Shown here one piece after another: positions 1 through 15,650 of a stretch of 64,000 bases of DNA. Under the pieces are notes generated by a model. It made no database searches. It was not told where the DNA came from and worked only from the letters and a program-made list of their open reading frames with translations. The position numbers were made by a program, and so were the translations under genes. Origin of the DNA: the human T2T-CHM13v2.0 reference genome, Homo sapiens; the NCBI RefSeq assembly GCF_009914755.1, contig NC_060947.1. The stretch is one strand, 5' to 3'. Each line of letters starts with the position of its first letter. Position 1 is the first letter of the stretch.

Positions 1-927
1 ATGACTAATGATCTATTTGAGATAAAGATTCTATTTGAGGGGAACCTGTTAATTATCTGACGGACCATCAAGAAGATAGTTCCATGCATGCTTTTGGAAG
101 AGTGTTTTTGCCTTGGCGGGTTGTTGCTTCCCATTAACACATGATTAGAAGTCTTTCTATAACCTTAGGAAAGATTGCTAATGAAACTGCTACTTCTTCA
201 GCAAATCAAAAAAACCTACTAATTCACTAGCTAAGGCTGTACTAGAAAATCACATTGCTTTATATATTAGCTGAACAGGGATGTATATGTGTGGTGGCAA
301 ATATTCTTTGTTGTGTATACATAAACACTTCCTATGAAGTAGAAACTCATCTATGGAAAATTAGAAAAGAAGCCACTTAACTATAGCAAATCTCTAAAGA
401 AGAACCAGCATTTAATTTTCTTCCTGATGTTTTAGTTTGCTCCATGAGGAAATAGTTTCCCTTTTTCTATTTGGCATATAAATTTTCTTGCTGATTATAA
501 TTCTTATGTACATTACATTTTTATTATCCAAATTATTAATGTTATGTATTTGTCATTTCTTTTCATTTTCTGAGAAAACTACATTCATGGTTCTCCAAAG
601 AATAGAGATTATTCAGCAAGTGACACCAGCTGTATAGATCAGTGACTTGACAGGTCTCATTTTTTGCCACTCTGTGATACCATCCCAATTTGGCTTTTGG
701 GTGCTTTTCAAAATTCCTTGCTGAGATGTCTCCTTTCCTTCCCTCTACCTAGCATGGAATGAGATTACCAGGGAATGTGCTTTCCCAATGATGAGGGACA
801 TCTTCACGCTGGGACTTTGAAAGAACTATCCAGGAATGAGCTTTTCCAGCAATGAGGGACATCTTGACACACAGATTTTGATCATCAATGTTTTCAAGAA
901 GAAACACTTTTTATCAAAAAAGAGAAA
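1..927 (+). mobile_element. 3' internal part of a class I (gamma-like) ERV: decayed env TM region, 3'UTR and polypurine tract
   Basis: Env TM motifs at about 70-530. Purine tract AAAAAAGAGAAA (916-927) directly precedes an LTR starting TG. Confidence 0.8.
141..530 (+). pseudogene. env: ERV envelope TM subunit remnant (frameshifted, with stops)
   Basis: Manual translation across two frameshifts gives MIRSLSITLGKIANET.../NSLAKAVLENHIAL/LAEQGCICVVANILCCVYINTS. This is an immunosuppressive-domain-like segment plus a CX6CC motif, followed by a hydrophobic membrane-span-like stretch at about 480-530. Confidence 0.8.
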
Positions 928-1386
928 TGAGTAAAGAAAAGAACTTCTATCTGAGGAATGTGAGCCCTTTCAAATTATCAGGCCCAGAAAGGCATTCAAA
1001 TGAAATAACAATCACATCCTACTTCCCCCCATTTGGAGCTATGTATTTATCTATAAAAACTGCAAACTCTTGCCACAGGTAGCTACAAATTAATCTAATA
1101 ATGCTACACTGGACACAATATCCAACACCCTATACCATAAAAATATATAGCCAATCAATAATCAACGTAATTTCTGTAAACCAGTGAAAATTCCTGACGA
1201 ACAACTTTGTGATAGCCCACTGCCTGCCATTTTTTGCCTTCAAAAACCTGCTTGTAACACAGGCCAAATGGAGCTCATATCCAAGGTTACTTGGGTCTGA
1301 GTCTTCCAGGCAGCTTTCCTTACTTTGGCTCAGGTTAACTCTTTCAATCATATTTTGTGCTTTAGCCTCTTCTTTTGGGATTGACA
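928..1386 (+). mobile_element. ERV1-class 3' LTR (MER4-group-like, subfamily not assigned)
   Basis: TG...CA termini (tgagtaaag...ttgaca), about 460 bp long, immediately after the polypurine tract and env remnant. Confidence 0.7.
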
Positions 1387-2634
1387 CCAGGCAGATGTAT
1401 CTGAGACACAGAAACAACGTCTCATAGAATCTCATATCTCTGAAGGTTTGTTACATTTTTTACTTATTTCAGTAAAATTTTCAGAAAGTTTTTGGAGGAA
1501 ATAATTGAGGAGTTTCACTGGAAAACAATGCTTTCCCCAGAGAGCATAAAATAACATCCAGCAACATCTGGCAGTTTTGGCTATATCTCAATGAGCTTTG
1601 CTTTGGCATGGCCTCAAGGAAAAACAAATAAAAAGCATTGCTGAGACAACTGCTTAAGGTCGGAGCATTCCAAATGGCAGAGGAAGCCATGATCTGGCCG
1701 CTGTGGAATGAAGTATGATGGGAAGAGAGTGATGTGTGTGAGCTCAAGGTGAACTGTCAGTATAATGGCATAGATACACTATCAAAGTGTGCCAAAGATC
1801 CATTCCAATAAAAACATTCACTATTGCCTCAATACACCTCAATGCAAACATCCATGCCTCTTTGTATCAGTAGCAGAGGCAGAATTTCCTTTCTATTTTT
1901 CCCACTTTTGTTTAAGACACAGTAATTCCATGTCTTTAGGCCTGAATTTGATTCCTTCCTCTTCTTCAACTCTCATATCCAATAAAGTATATTGGAAATC
2001 TCTGATTTAAAATACTTTGACTTGTGCTCCCTCTCTTGTGGCCAAAATTCCACTTAGATTGCCTAATAACTGTGCTGATGTTAAAAATGAAGCCCAGATA
2101 ACTTCTTACTCTATCAGTTGCAATCACTGACAAGCCTGTCTGCAGCTAACTACTATAGAAATGGGAGAGAGCAAGAGATCAGGGAAGAAGACATTGTCTT
2201 GGAAACTGCCTCTCTCCAAATATGTGTATATGTATAAAATTGCAAATAACAATTCAAGCAGAAATCCCTAATTTTGAATTCAGTCCAAAGATTCTTGAAC
2301 AATGAATTGCTCCAAGGCATTGTCATTCCCAATTTCACTGGATTCATATTTAAGTATCCTCAGTTGATATACATAATATTTATCTGAAAGAAACATAAGC
2401 AGCTTTTTTACACTAATTGATTTTATGTATTTAATAATCATCTGTAAATGAATATAGATGTTTTATTTAATTTTCATTTCTTTTTATTATCAATTTTGAT
2501 ATTTCATTGTATTAAATGGGTTTCTAGGAATTTTATGTCAAAATATTACTTCGTCCTTCGGGAAATAAGCATCTGAGTTAAGGACTGACTTGAAATCATT
2601 GTCAAAGAAATAACTGAGGCTTAAATTAGGAGAC

Positions 2635-2795
2635 GTCTCTAGTGTAAAGAACCTGGAATGAGCCAGGAGATCTGGATTCCAGTTCCTTTTGAGAAGCTAA
2701 AACACTGTGTGATCCTGGCCATGTCTCTTAACAGTTTTGGGCCTCAATTTTTCTAAGCATAAAATGAGCATTTCGATAGTATTATTTTTAAAGTT
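2635..2795 (+). mobile_element. MIR SINE fragment
   Basis: Core-like ctgtgtgatcctggccatgtctcttaac...gggcctcaatttttct...taaaatg. Confidence 0.55.
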
Positions 2796-2824
2796 CAGGT
2801 GGAGTTTTTCTCTTTTCTACATTC

Positions 2825-2985
2825 CTCAGTACTTATTTATAACATGCATTAGCATTCAAGTTATTGCTGTCTCTAAGTGCTTAAACTTCCTAACTAGAAT
2901 ATAAATTCCCTGAGGCAGAAGATCTGTACTTCCAGAACACCTTCAGTGTTTAGCAGTATTGGACATATAGTATGTATGGCATACA
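2825..2985 (+). mobile_element. L2 3' fragment
   Basis: ctagaatataaattccctgaggcagaa...cagtgtttagcagtattggacatatag resembles the L2 3' end. Confidence 0.5.
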
Positions 2986-3070
2986 ATCACCCAAGATAAG
3001 TGAAATTTAACTGGGTTGGCTTAACTACACAGCTACTGCTTCTCTACTTTTGTCCTCAGTTTTGCACTGT

Positions 3071-3094
3071 AAAAAAAAAAAAAAAAAAAAAAAA
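3071..3094 (+). repeat. (A)24 homopolymer
   Basis: Seen directly. Confidence 0.9.
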
Positions 3095-5256
3095 CCTTTT
3101 TGTGTTTTAGTTCAGGCTATTATGATCAAACTCCAAATGTATTCATGTATACCCAATCCACAAAGCTAATTTACCAACTGGAATCTCAGTTTATTCTTTT
3201 AACATGACCATTGTAAGTTCCAAGGGAACATTTTCTGCAAATTACAGCATACAACGGGATGCTTCCTAAAAACAGTTGGCACAGCAGAATACCTGAATAT
3301 CAGAGAACAGCACTAAGCAATAGGGGCTGCTAGAGCAGCAGGAAAGAACTTAAGAAAAATTATTTTGCTGAGAGAAGGTAGTTATCAGAGAACATATAAA
3401 AATTATTTTTCCTCTATGGAAATCAAAGAAATGTAAGATGAAAAAAGAATAGTATATCCTGTTTTAGCTGGTTGTGCTAAGTATAGATGAAGACATACAC
3501 AGCAGAATTTAGTAGAACTTAGACTCTCTGACAGTTGAGAACAACAGTGAATTTGACAATGTTTTCTAGACCAAGTATATATTTTTGTACTGATGAAGAA
3601 ATTTTCTAAATCATATTATGCAATAATTTAAAAACAACTGCCCTGATTATTTGCAAACATGGTCATATTCACCTTGGCACATGCCCATTTGAGGAATATT
3701 CCCTAATTTAAAAAGAGAAAAAAACCAAACAAATGTAATTTGAATTGACTATAAAAATATCTAGAGAGAAACAGCAGCTACATTAATATTAATTCTAAAT
3801 TTAAAACAAACTAAACATTCAATCCAGATTTCATTAGTGGTGAGTGGCTTTTAATCTGAGTATTACTTTTGGGTATCTATATCATAAATGTCTTCAGGAA
3901 CATTTAATCAATGCCTCAATTCCAAAAAGATAAAGCTTCTTTCTATTTTTTTTATGAAAAAAATGCATTACAATACAGTTTATTATATTAGCAGTTAATA
4001 GAAAATCTGGTATAGTTGCCAATAGCTTGAAAGACTTTAAAGATAAAACTAAGGGGACAAGGAGCCTTTTAAAAACAGTATCAACCATTCTGGACAGTCA
4101 AGAAAAAAAGGTAGTATTTTTTATGTATACAAGACAAAGGTAAGAAAAGAACCTTTTCAAAACAGCAGGACCTTACCTGGGAGCAAAGGAAAGCATATAA
4201 TATTAGATAGGAACTTTTGCTCATGCTAACACTTTTCAGTCGGTATCTGTGGGGGCACAGAAGCTTTCTTCTTCCATTTGCCTTTCTCTACAGTCTCTTT
4301 CCAAAACAACTCATTTTCTAGCAAATTTCAGCTGAATTTTCTTCCATACCTGAAATAATTAAAGACACTGATATTGTAACTTAATATGTGGTAACTAAAG
4401 ACATGGATATTGACATTGGCAAATCCTGCAATGATTCTGCTCTACGTTGATTTAAGCAATAAATCGTGGCTCCCATAATGACCTTCATTACTCCATCATG
4501 TTATTCCATAAGATCCATGTAACTCAGAATGATGGAATGAAGAGAAGAAAGGATAGGAAAAAATACAATGAAATACTAGGTACTTTTGCTTTGTTCGCCA
4601 TTAGCCTTAGTGCTGCCACTAGGCTTTAATTAAGAGTAATAAGGGAAACGTTCTTAAGTCTGCATTACTCTCACTTAGTAGGAGTGCTTACAGTAATAAC
4701 CTAAAAAGTTTACTCTGTAAAAGATGTTATGCTACTACATTGGTCTCTTCTCAACAATATTTTCTTTCTGCCTCATGAATACTACCAAGGATGTATGGTC
4801 AAATTTCACCTTGTTTAATGGGAATCTTCCTCATATCATCTGATTCCTTTATAAATCCTCTTTAAGGTGCATATGCTTCCATTACATATCAGGAAACAGC
4901 TGCCAATTCTAGCTCAAAGGAATCCATTTAGAGTTATGTGAAAACAAAATGTATGAAGATTAAGTTTCCTCTGTATTAAATCTTGAGTGAACAAAAGCAA
5001 ATATACTCTATTTTGCTAACACTCGCTATCCCTAAGTTCCAGACTCCCAAAGAAGAGATAGAGAATTTTAGAAGGAAACACACCATCACACACTTTTAAT
5101 CCTAAATGTTGGCACAGTAGGTGGAAAACAAGGAGAATGTGTATCCAGAACCTCCAGCCCCTGGGTCATCTGTTTCCCTGCATGAGAGGGCAAGGGCCCC
5201 CCTAGCTGGAGTACAGCAGCCACACACCACTGCAATCAGGACACAAGGCTCTGTTA

Positions 5257-6267
<1,011 letters not shown>

Positions 6268-6722
6268 AAAGTGACTGCCCCAATTTTAACTGAAGCACAG
6301 TGGCAGCTTACATTTCATCATTTAGGAAGAGATGTAGACCAAGGGAAGCAGGGAGCCAACAACTTTTACATATTTTCGGTGCTCATGTTAACAGTAAATT
6401 CAAGTACTTTAAAACATCCCTATGTCTACAGCTCCCAGCATGAGCAACGCAGAAGATGGGTGATTTCTGCATTTCCATCTGAGGTACCGGGTTCATCTCA
6501 CTAGGGAGTGCCAGACAGTGGGTGCAGGACAGCGGGTGCAGCACACCATGCGCGAGCAGAGGCAGGGTGAGGCATTGCCTCCACTCGGGAAGTGCAAGGG
6601 GTCAGGGAGTTCCCTTTCCTACTCAAAGAAAGGGGTGACAGAGGGCACCTGGAAAATCGGGTCACCCCCACCCTAATACAGTGCTTTTCCGACGGGCTTA
6701 AAAAACGGCGCACCAGGAGATT

Positions 6723-6839
6723 CTATCCTGCACCTGGCTCGGAGGGTCCTATGCCCACGGAGTCTCGCTGATTGCTAGCACAGCAGTCTGAGATCAAACT
6801 GCAAGGCGGCAGTGAGGCTGGGGGAGGGGCGCCCGCCAT
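6723..6839 (-). pseudogene. ORF0: L1 antisense ORF0, truncated to 38 aa by a premature TAG
   Basis: MAGAPPPASLPPCSLISDCCASNQRDSVGIGPSEPGAG* matches the ORF0 N-terminus. The same frame resumes as VRRFLSPSEK... at 6713. Confidence 0.8.
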
Positions 6840-7422
6840 TGCCCAGGCTTGCTTAGGTAAACAAAGCAGGCAGGAAGCTGCAACTGGGTGGAGCCCACCA
6901 CAGCTCAAGGAGGCCTGCCTGCCTCTGTAGGCTCCACCTCTGGGGGCAGGGCACAGACAAACAAAAAGACAGCAGTAACCTCTGCAGACTTAAATGTCCC
7001 TGTCTGACAGCTTTGAAGACAGCAGTGGTTCTCCCAGCAAGCAGCTGGAGATCTGAGAATGGGCAGACTGCCTCCTCAAGTGGGACCCTGACCCCTGACC
7101 CCTGAGCAGCCTAACTGGGAGGCACCCCCCAGTAGGGGCAGACTGACACCTCACGCGGCCGGGTACTCCTCTGAGACAAAACATCCAGAGGAACGATCAG
7201 ACAGCAGCATTAGCAGTTCACGAAAATCCGCTGTTCTGCAGCCACTGCTGCTGGTACCCAGGCAAACAGGGTCTGGAGTGGACCTCTAGCAAACTCCAAC
7301 AGACCTGCAGCTGAGGGTCCTGTCTGTTAGAAGGAAAACTAACAAAGAGAAAGGACATCCACACCAAAAACCCATCTGTACACCACCATCATCAAAGACC
7401 AAAAGTAGATAAAACCACACAG

Positions 7423-8439
7423 ATGGGAAAAAACAGAGCAGAAAAACTGGAAACTCTAAAAATCAGAGTACCTCTCCTCCTCCAAAGGAACGCAGCTCCT
7501 CACCAGTAACGGAACAAAGCTGGACGGAGAATGACTTTGACGAGTTGAGAGAAGAAGGCTTCAGACGATCAAACTACTCTGAGCTACAGGAGGAAATTCA
7601 AACCAAACGCAAATAAGCTGAAAACTTTGAAAAAAATTTAGACAAAAGTATAACAAGAATAACCAATACAGAGAAGTGCTTAAAGGAGCTGATGGAGCTG
7701 AAAGCCAAGGCTCGAGAACTACCTGAAGAATGCAGAAGCCTCAGGAGCCAATGCAATCAACTGGAAGAAAGGGTATCAGTGATGGAAGATCAAATGAATG
7801 AAATGAAGCAAGAAGGGAAGTTTAGACAAAAAAGAATAAAAAGAAAAGAACAGAGCCTCTAAGAAATATGGGACTATGTGAAAAGACCAAATCTACGTCT
7901 GATTGGTGTACCTGAAAGTGACGGAGAGAATGGAATCAAGCTGGAAAACACTCTGCAGGATAGTATCCAGGAGAACTTCCTCAATCTAGCAAGGCAGGCC
8001 AACATTCAGATTCAGGAAATACAGAGAACGCCACAAAGATACTCCTCGAGAAGAGCAACTCCAAGACACATAATTGTCAGATTCACCAAAGTTGAAATGA
8101 AGGAAAAAATGTTAAGGGCAGCCAGAGACAAAGGTCGGGTTACCCACAAAGGGAAGCCCATCAGACTAACAGAGGATCTCTCAGCAGAAACTCTACAAGC
8201 CAGAAGAGAGTGGGGGCCAATATTCAACATTCTTAAAGAAAAGAATTTTAAACCCAGAATTGCATATCCAGCCAAACTAAGCTTCATAAGTGAAGGAGAA
8301 ATAAAATCCTTTACAGACAAGCAAATGCTGAGAGATTTTTGTCACCACCAGGCCTGCCCTAAAAGACCTCCTGAAGGAAGCACTAAACATAGAAAGGAAC
8401 GACTGGTACCAGCCACTGCAAAATCATGCCAAATTGTAA
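7423..8439 (+). pseudogene. ORF1: L1 ORF1 (RNA-binding chaperone), disrupted
   Basis: ATG at 7423 with a -1 frameshift immediately after, and stops near 7614 and 7860. ORF 7878-8495 carries the RRM/CTD sequence KRPNLRLIGVPE...RHIIVRF. Confidence 0.9.
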
Positions 8440-8487
8440 AGACCATCGAGGCTAGGAAGAAACTTCATCAACTAACGAGCAAAATAA

Positions 8488-12327
<3,840 letters not shown>

Positions 12328-13349
12328 ACAATGAGAACACATGGACACAGGAAGGGGAACATCATACACTGGGGCCTGTTGTGGGGTGTGGGGAGTGGGG
12401 AGGGATAGCATTAGGAGATATACCTAATGTTAATTGACAAGTTAATGGGTGCAGCACACCAACATGGCACATGTATATATATGTAACAAACCCGCACGTT
12501 GTGCACATGTACCCTAAAACTTAAAGTATATTAAAAAAAAAAAACCATAACTACCGTTAAAATAAAAAAAAAAAGAGAAAGTCACTTAGCTTCTCTGGTT
12601 ACATTTTTTCACATCCGCAAAATTAGTAGAGTAAAATTAGATAGTAATTTTATGGGACTTCGTAGTTTTAATAATCTGTGACGCTCAGACCAGTTTTTCC
12701 TAGACCAAATCACAAGAATGCTCATAAAAGCCTTTCGTTGCCTGGAGTTTTGTTGGTAGGCCAGGCTATAATTTAAAAGTTTAATCTGCTTAATAATTTA
12801 AGCAATTAAAGTGCATGAACATGTAGTGCTTGGGGCAGGAACACCTGCACTCTCTGACACTCACAACTCTGTGACCATAGCTGAGAAACGGAAATTAAAT
12901 GACAAAGAAAACCTCTGTGAAACCAAATAGCTCCAGCGTTAAGACCCACAGAATGTACTCAAAAGAGAGCTCTTAGACTAGTCATAAAAACTGGAGTTAA
13001 TCATGCTTAACGAGTTCTACTAATTAGGTAACTGCTGCCTGAAACACAGAGCAGTGTTAAGAAGAAATTTTGAGATCTTAAGTGGACTCTATGAGAATAG
13101 AAACTATGATAAATTGTCATTGTTTGCCATGGACAAGAGCAGACCTATGGTAGCAAATGTGCTCTATATCTTTACATGGAACTTAGTCTTAATTCACAAA
13201 TAATTCTAGCAAGTTTAATGATTTAATCTGTTAGCATGTAGCAGAATAGAAACCATAATTTAGAAAGTTGGGAGAGGGGTTGCTAAAGTGGGCTCACTAA
13301 AAGCTGTGAAAGGCTGCAGCACAAAGCAAGGATACAAACATGATAATTT

Positions 13350-13824
13350 GTTTTTTCCTTTAAGTTGTAGGATACATGTGCAGAATGTGCAGGTTTGTTA
13401 CATAGGTTATGTGTGTCATGGTGGTTTGCTGCACTTATCAACCTGTCATCTAGGCTTTAAGCCCTGCATGCATTAGCTATTTGTCCTAATGGTCTCCCTC
13501 TCCTGAGCCACCACCCTCCTTACAGGCCCCAGTGTGTGTTGTTCCCCTCCTTGTGTCCATGTGTTCTCATTGTTCAACTTCCACTTATGAGTGAAAACAT
13601 GAGGTGTTTGTTTTTTTGTTCCTGTGTTAGTTTGCTGAGGGTGATGGCTTCCAGCTTCATCCATGTTCCTGCAAAGGACATGATCTCATTCCTTTTTATG
13701 GCTGCATAGTATTCAATGGTGTATATGTACCACAATTTCTTTATCTAGTCTATCATTGATGAGCATTTGGATTGGTTCCATGTCTTTGCTATTGTAAATA
13801 GTGCTGCAATAAACATACATGTGC
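13350..13824 (-). mobile_element. L1PA8/L1PA10-like 3' fragment
   Basis: Reverse-strand L1 3'UTR and ORF2 end. Degenerate TSD aaacatgataatt / aaacatagtaatt. Confidence 0.85.
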
Positions 13825-14049
13825 AAAACATAGTAATTATTATAGTCATAGATCAAAGTCACAGAATTGTAACAAACTAGGGACCATCATGTAAGACACA
13901 TTGGTCCTACAAACCATAGTAAGCTAGGCCTAAAAATGTCAGTCTATTACAATTCAGTTTGATAAGTGATACATATACTGGCGACCCAATGCATATATCA
14001 GGACAAAGGTACAGTTATTTTCACTATGTCCTGATAAATAACATCCAAA

Positions 14050-14500
14050 ATCCTGAACCTGATATATTAGGCCTAATTCATCCTCTTCTCCAGATGCCTG
14101 TAATCTAAAATCCAGCTATATAAATGCCTTGTTGTTTACAAAATATGGCATTGTTTCTCTCAACTCAGGGCTTTTCAAATATTATTTCTTCTGCCTGTGA
14201 CATCCTCATTTTAGTTACTAAATCGTAGCTATCCTTCATAACCCAGCTCTAATGGTTGACACCTCTAAGATACATTTCCTGGCACTATTCTGTCACTTCA
14301 CCACACCCCAGGATACCACACTTCATCCAAGTGTAAGATTATACCTCTTGCCCTCTGCTTCCCTGGCAACCTGTTCAAACCTCAATTGTAGCACCTATAA
14401 CCTGGTACTGGATGTCTGCTCTTTCTTTCTACATTATTAGCTTATTCAGATTACTCATATTTCTCTTCAGTGCCTAGCCAGCCCAAGATGCTGTATTTCT
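14050..14500 (+). mobile_element. L2 fragment(s)
   Basis: L2-like cctgaacctgatatattaggcc...ctcagggcttttc...ttcttctgcctg...cttcagtgcctagc; highly decayed. Confidence 0.45.
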
Positions 14501-14799
14501 TAGATAAATTAAAATTTAAAATATCCACAAGGCTTAGAGATTTTCAAGATTTTCTAATATTTAGAAATTTGCCAATATATAAATGACTTGCTATTCAGAG
14601 CTTAGCCTGCTGGCCTGTTCAGGATGGCTCAATGAAACTTCCACTAGGTAGTATTTTGCTAAAATTTTTTTCCAATCACTCAAGACTGTTAAAACTTTCT
14701 GTACTAAAAAGCATTGTAAGATGCACTTGTACTAATCTGAGCATTTCACAATTGTTCTAAATTGTGGAATTATAATTTAAAGGCAAAATGCATAAATAC

Positions 14800-14920
14800 T
14801 TTTTCATTTGTTCAGTCCAAAAATACTTACTGAGTCTCTGTCATGAGTCAGACACTATGCTTGGCCCTAAAGATAGAGTGATCAGAAAGATGGTCATCCA
14901 TCCTGTCCTCATAAAGATTA
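14800..14920 (-). mobile_element. L2 3' end fragment
   Basis: ttcatttgttcagtccaaaaatacttactgag...cagacactatgct resembles the antisense L2 terminus. Confidence 0.55.
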
Positions 14921-15084
14921 CCAAGTATTTGCTTTCTCTGTGTACTGAAAAGAATTAACAAAACAATTCTTTCAATATAAAATAGCAAAAAAAAAAAAAC
15001 CCTCGAAATACAGTAATGGCACTATTCTAAATTTAAATAGCTCGTTGCCTTTGATAGAATGCTACAAATACCAAAAGGACAATA

Positions 15085-15240
15085 CTATCAGGTGAGTATT
15101 ACTGGTCCAATTCTGTAGACAATGAAATTGAGGTCATGAAATGTTAAATAACCTGGCAAACATCATAAAGCTGGAAGATGGTGGAGAGTGGACTCAAACC
15201 CAGAATTATGTGGGTTCAAGGCCTATTCACATTCCCAATT
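15085..15240 (-). mobile_element. MIR fragment
   Basis: attctgtagacaatgaaattgaggtc...gttaaataacctggc...ggactcaaacccag is the antisense MIR core. Confidence 0.65.
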
Positions 15241-15324
15241 CTCATGGCCCATTAATAGTTACATGGAAAAAACACTGGGCCATGTATATGTATTAACGTA
15301 ATGTAATATTTGTAAAGGTGTTTT

Positions 15325-15650
15325 AAACTTTTTAATTTCTTATTGATACATAACATTTGTACATATTTATGAGGTACATGTGATTTTTTTATATGTATAT
15401 AATGTGTAATGATCAAGTCAAGGTGTTTGAGGTATCCATCACCTCAAGTATTTATTATCTATATGTATTGGGAAAATTTCCAGTCCTGTCTCCTAGCTAT
15501 TTTGAAATATACATTGTTGTTAACTATAGTCACACTACTTTACTAAATTGATCTCAAGGAGGTAGAGATTAGAATGATAGATACCAAAGGCTAGGAAGTA
15601 TGTATGGGTGAGGGGACAGTGAAGAGATGTAGAAATATACAGTTAGATCT
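15325..15650 (-). mobile_element. Old L1MA-type 3' fragment with 5' inversion (antisense 15325-15543, sense 15544-15650)
   Basis: Adjacent L1MA 3'UTR segments in opposite orientations, flanked by tttgtaaag(g/a)t on both sides. Confidence 0.7.

Noticed and set aside
1130-2010. ORFs of 70-100 aa near the LTR (1130-1435, 1209-1427, 1481-1747, 1789-2010)
   Set aside because: No recognisable domain, several have non-ATG starts or overlap the LTR, and the lengths are expected by chance.
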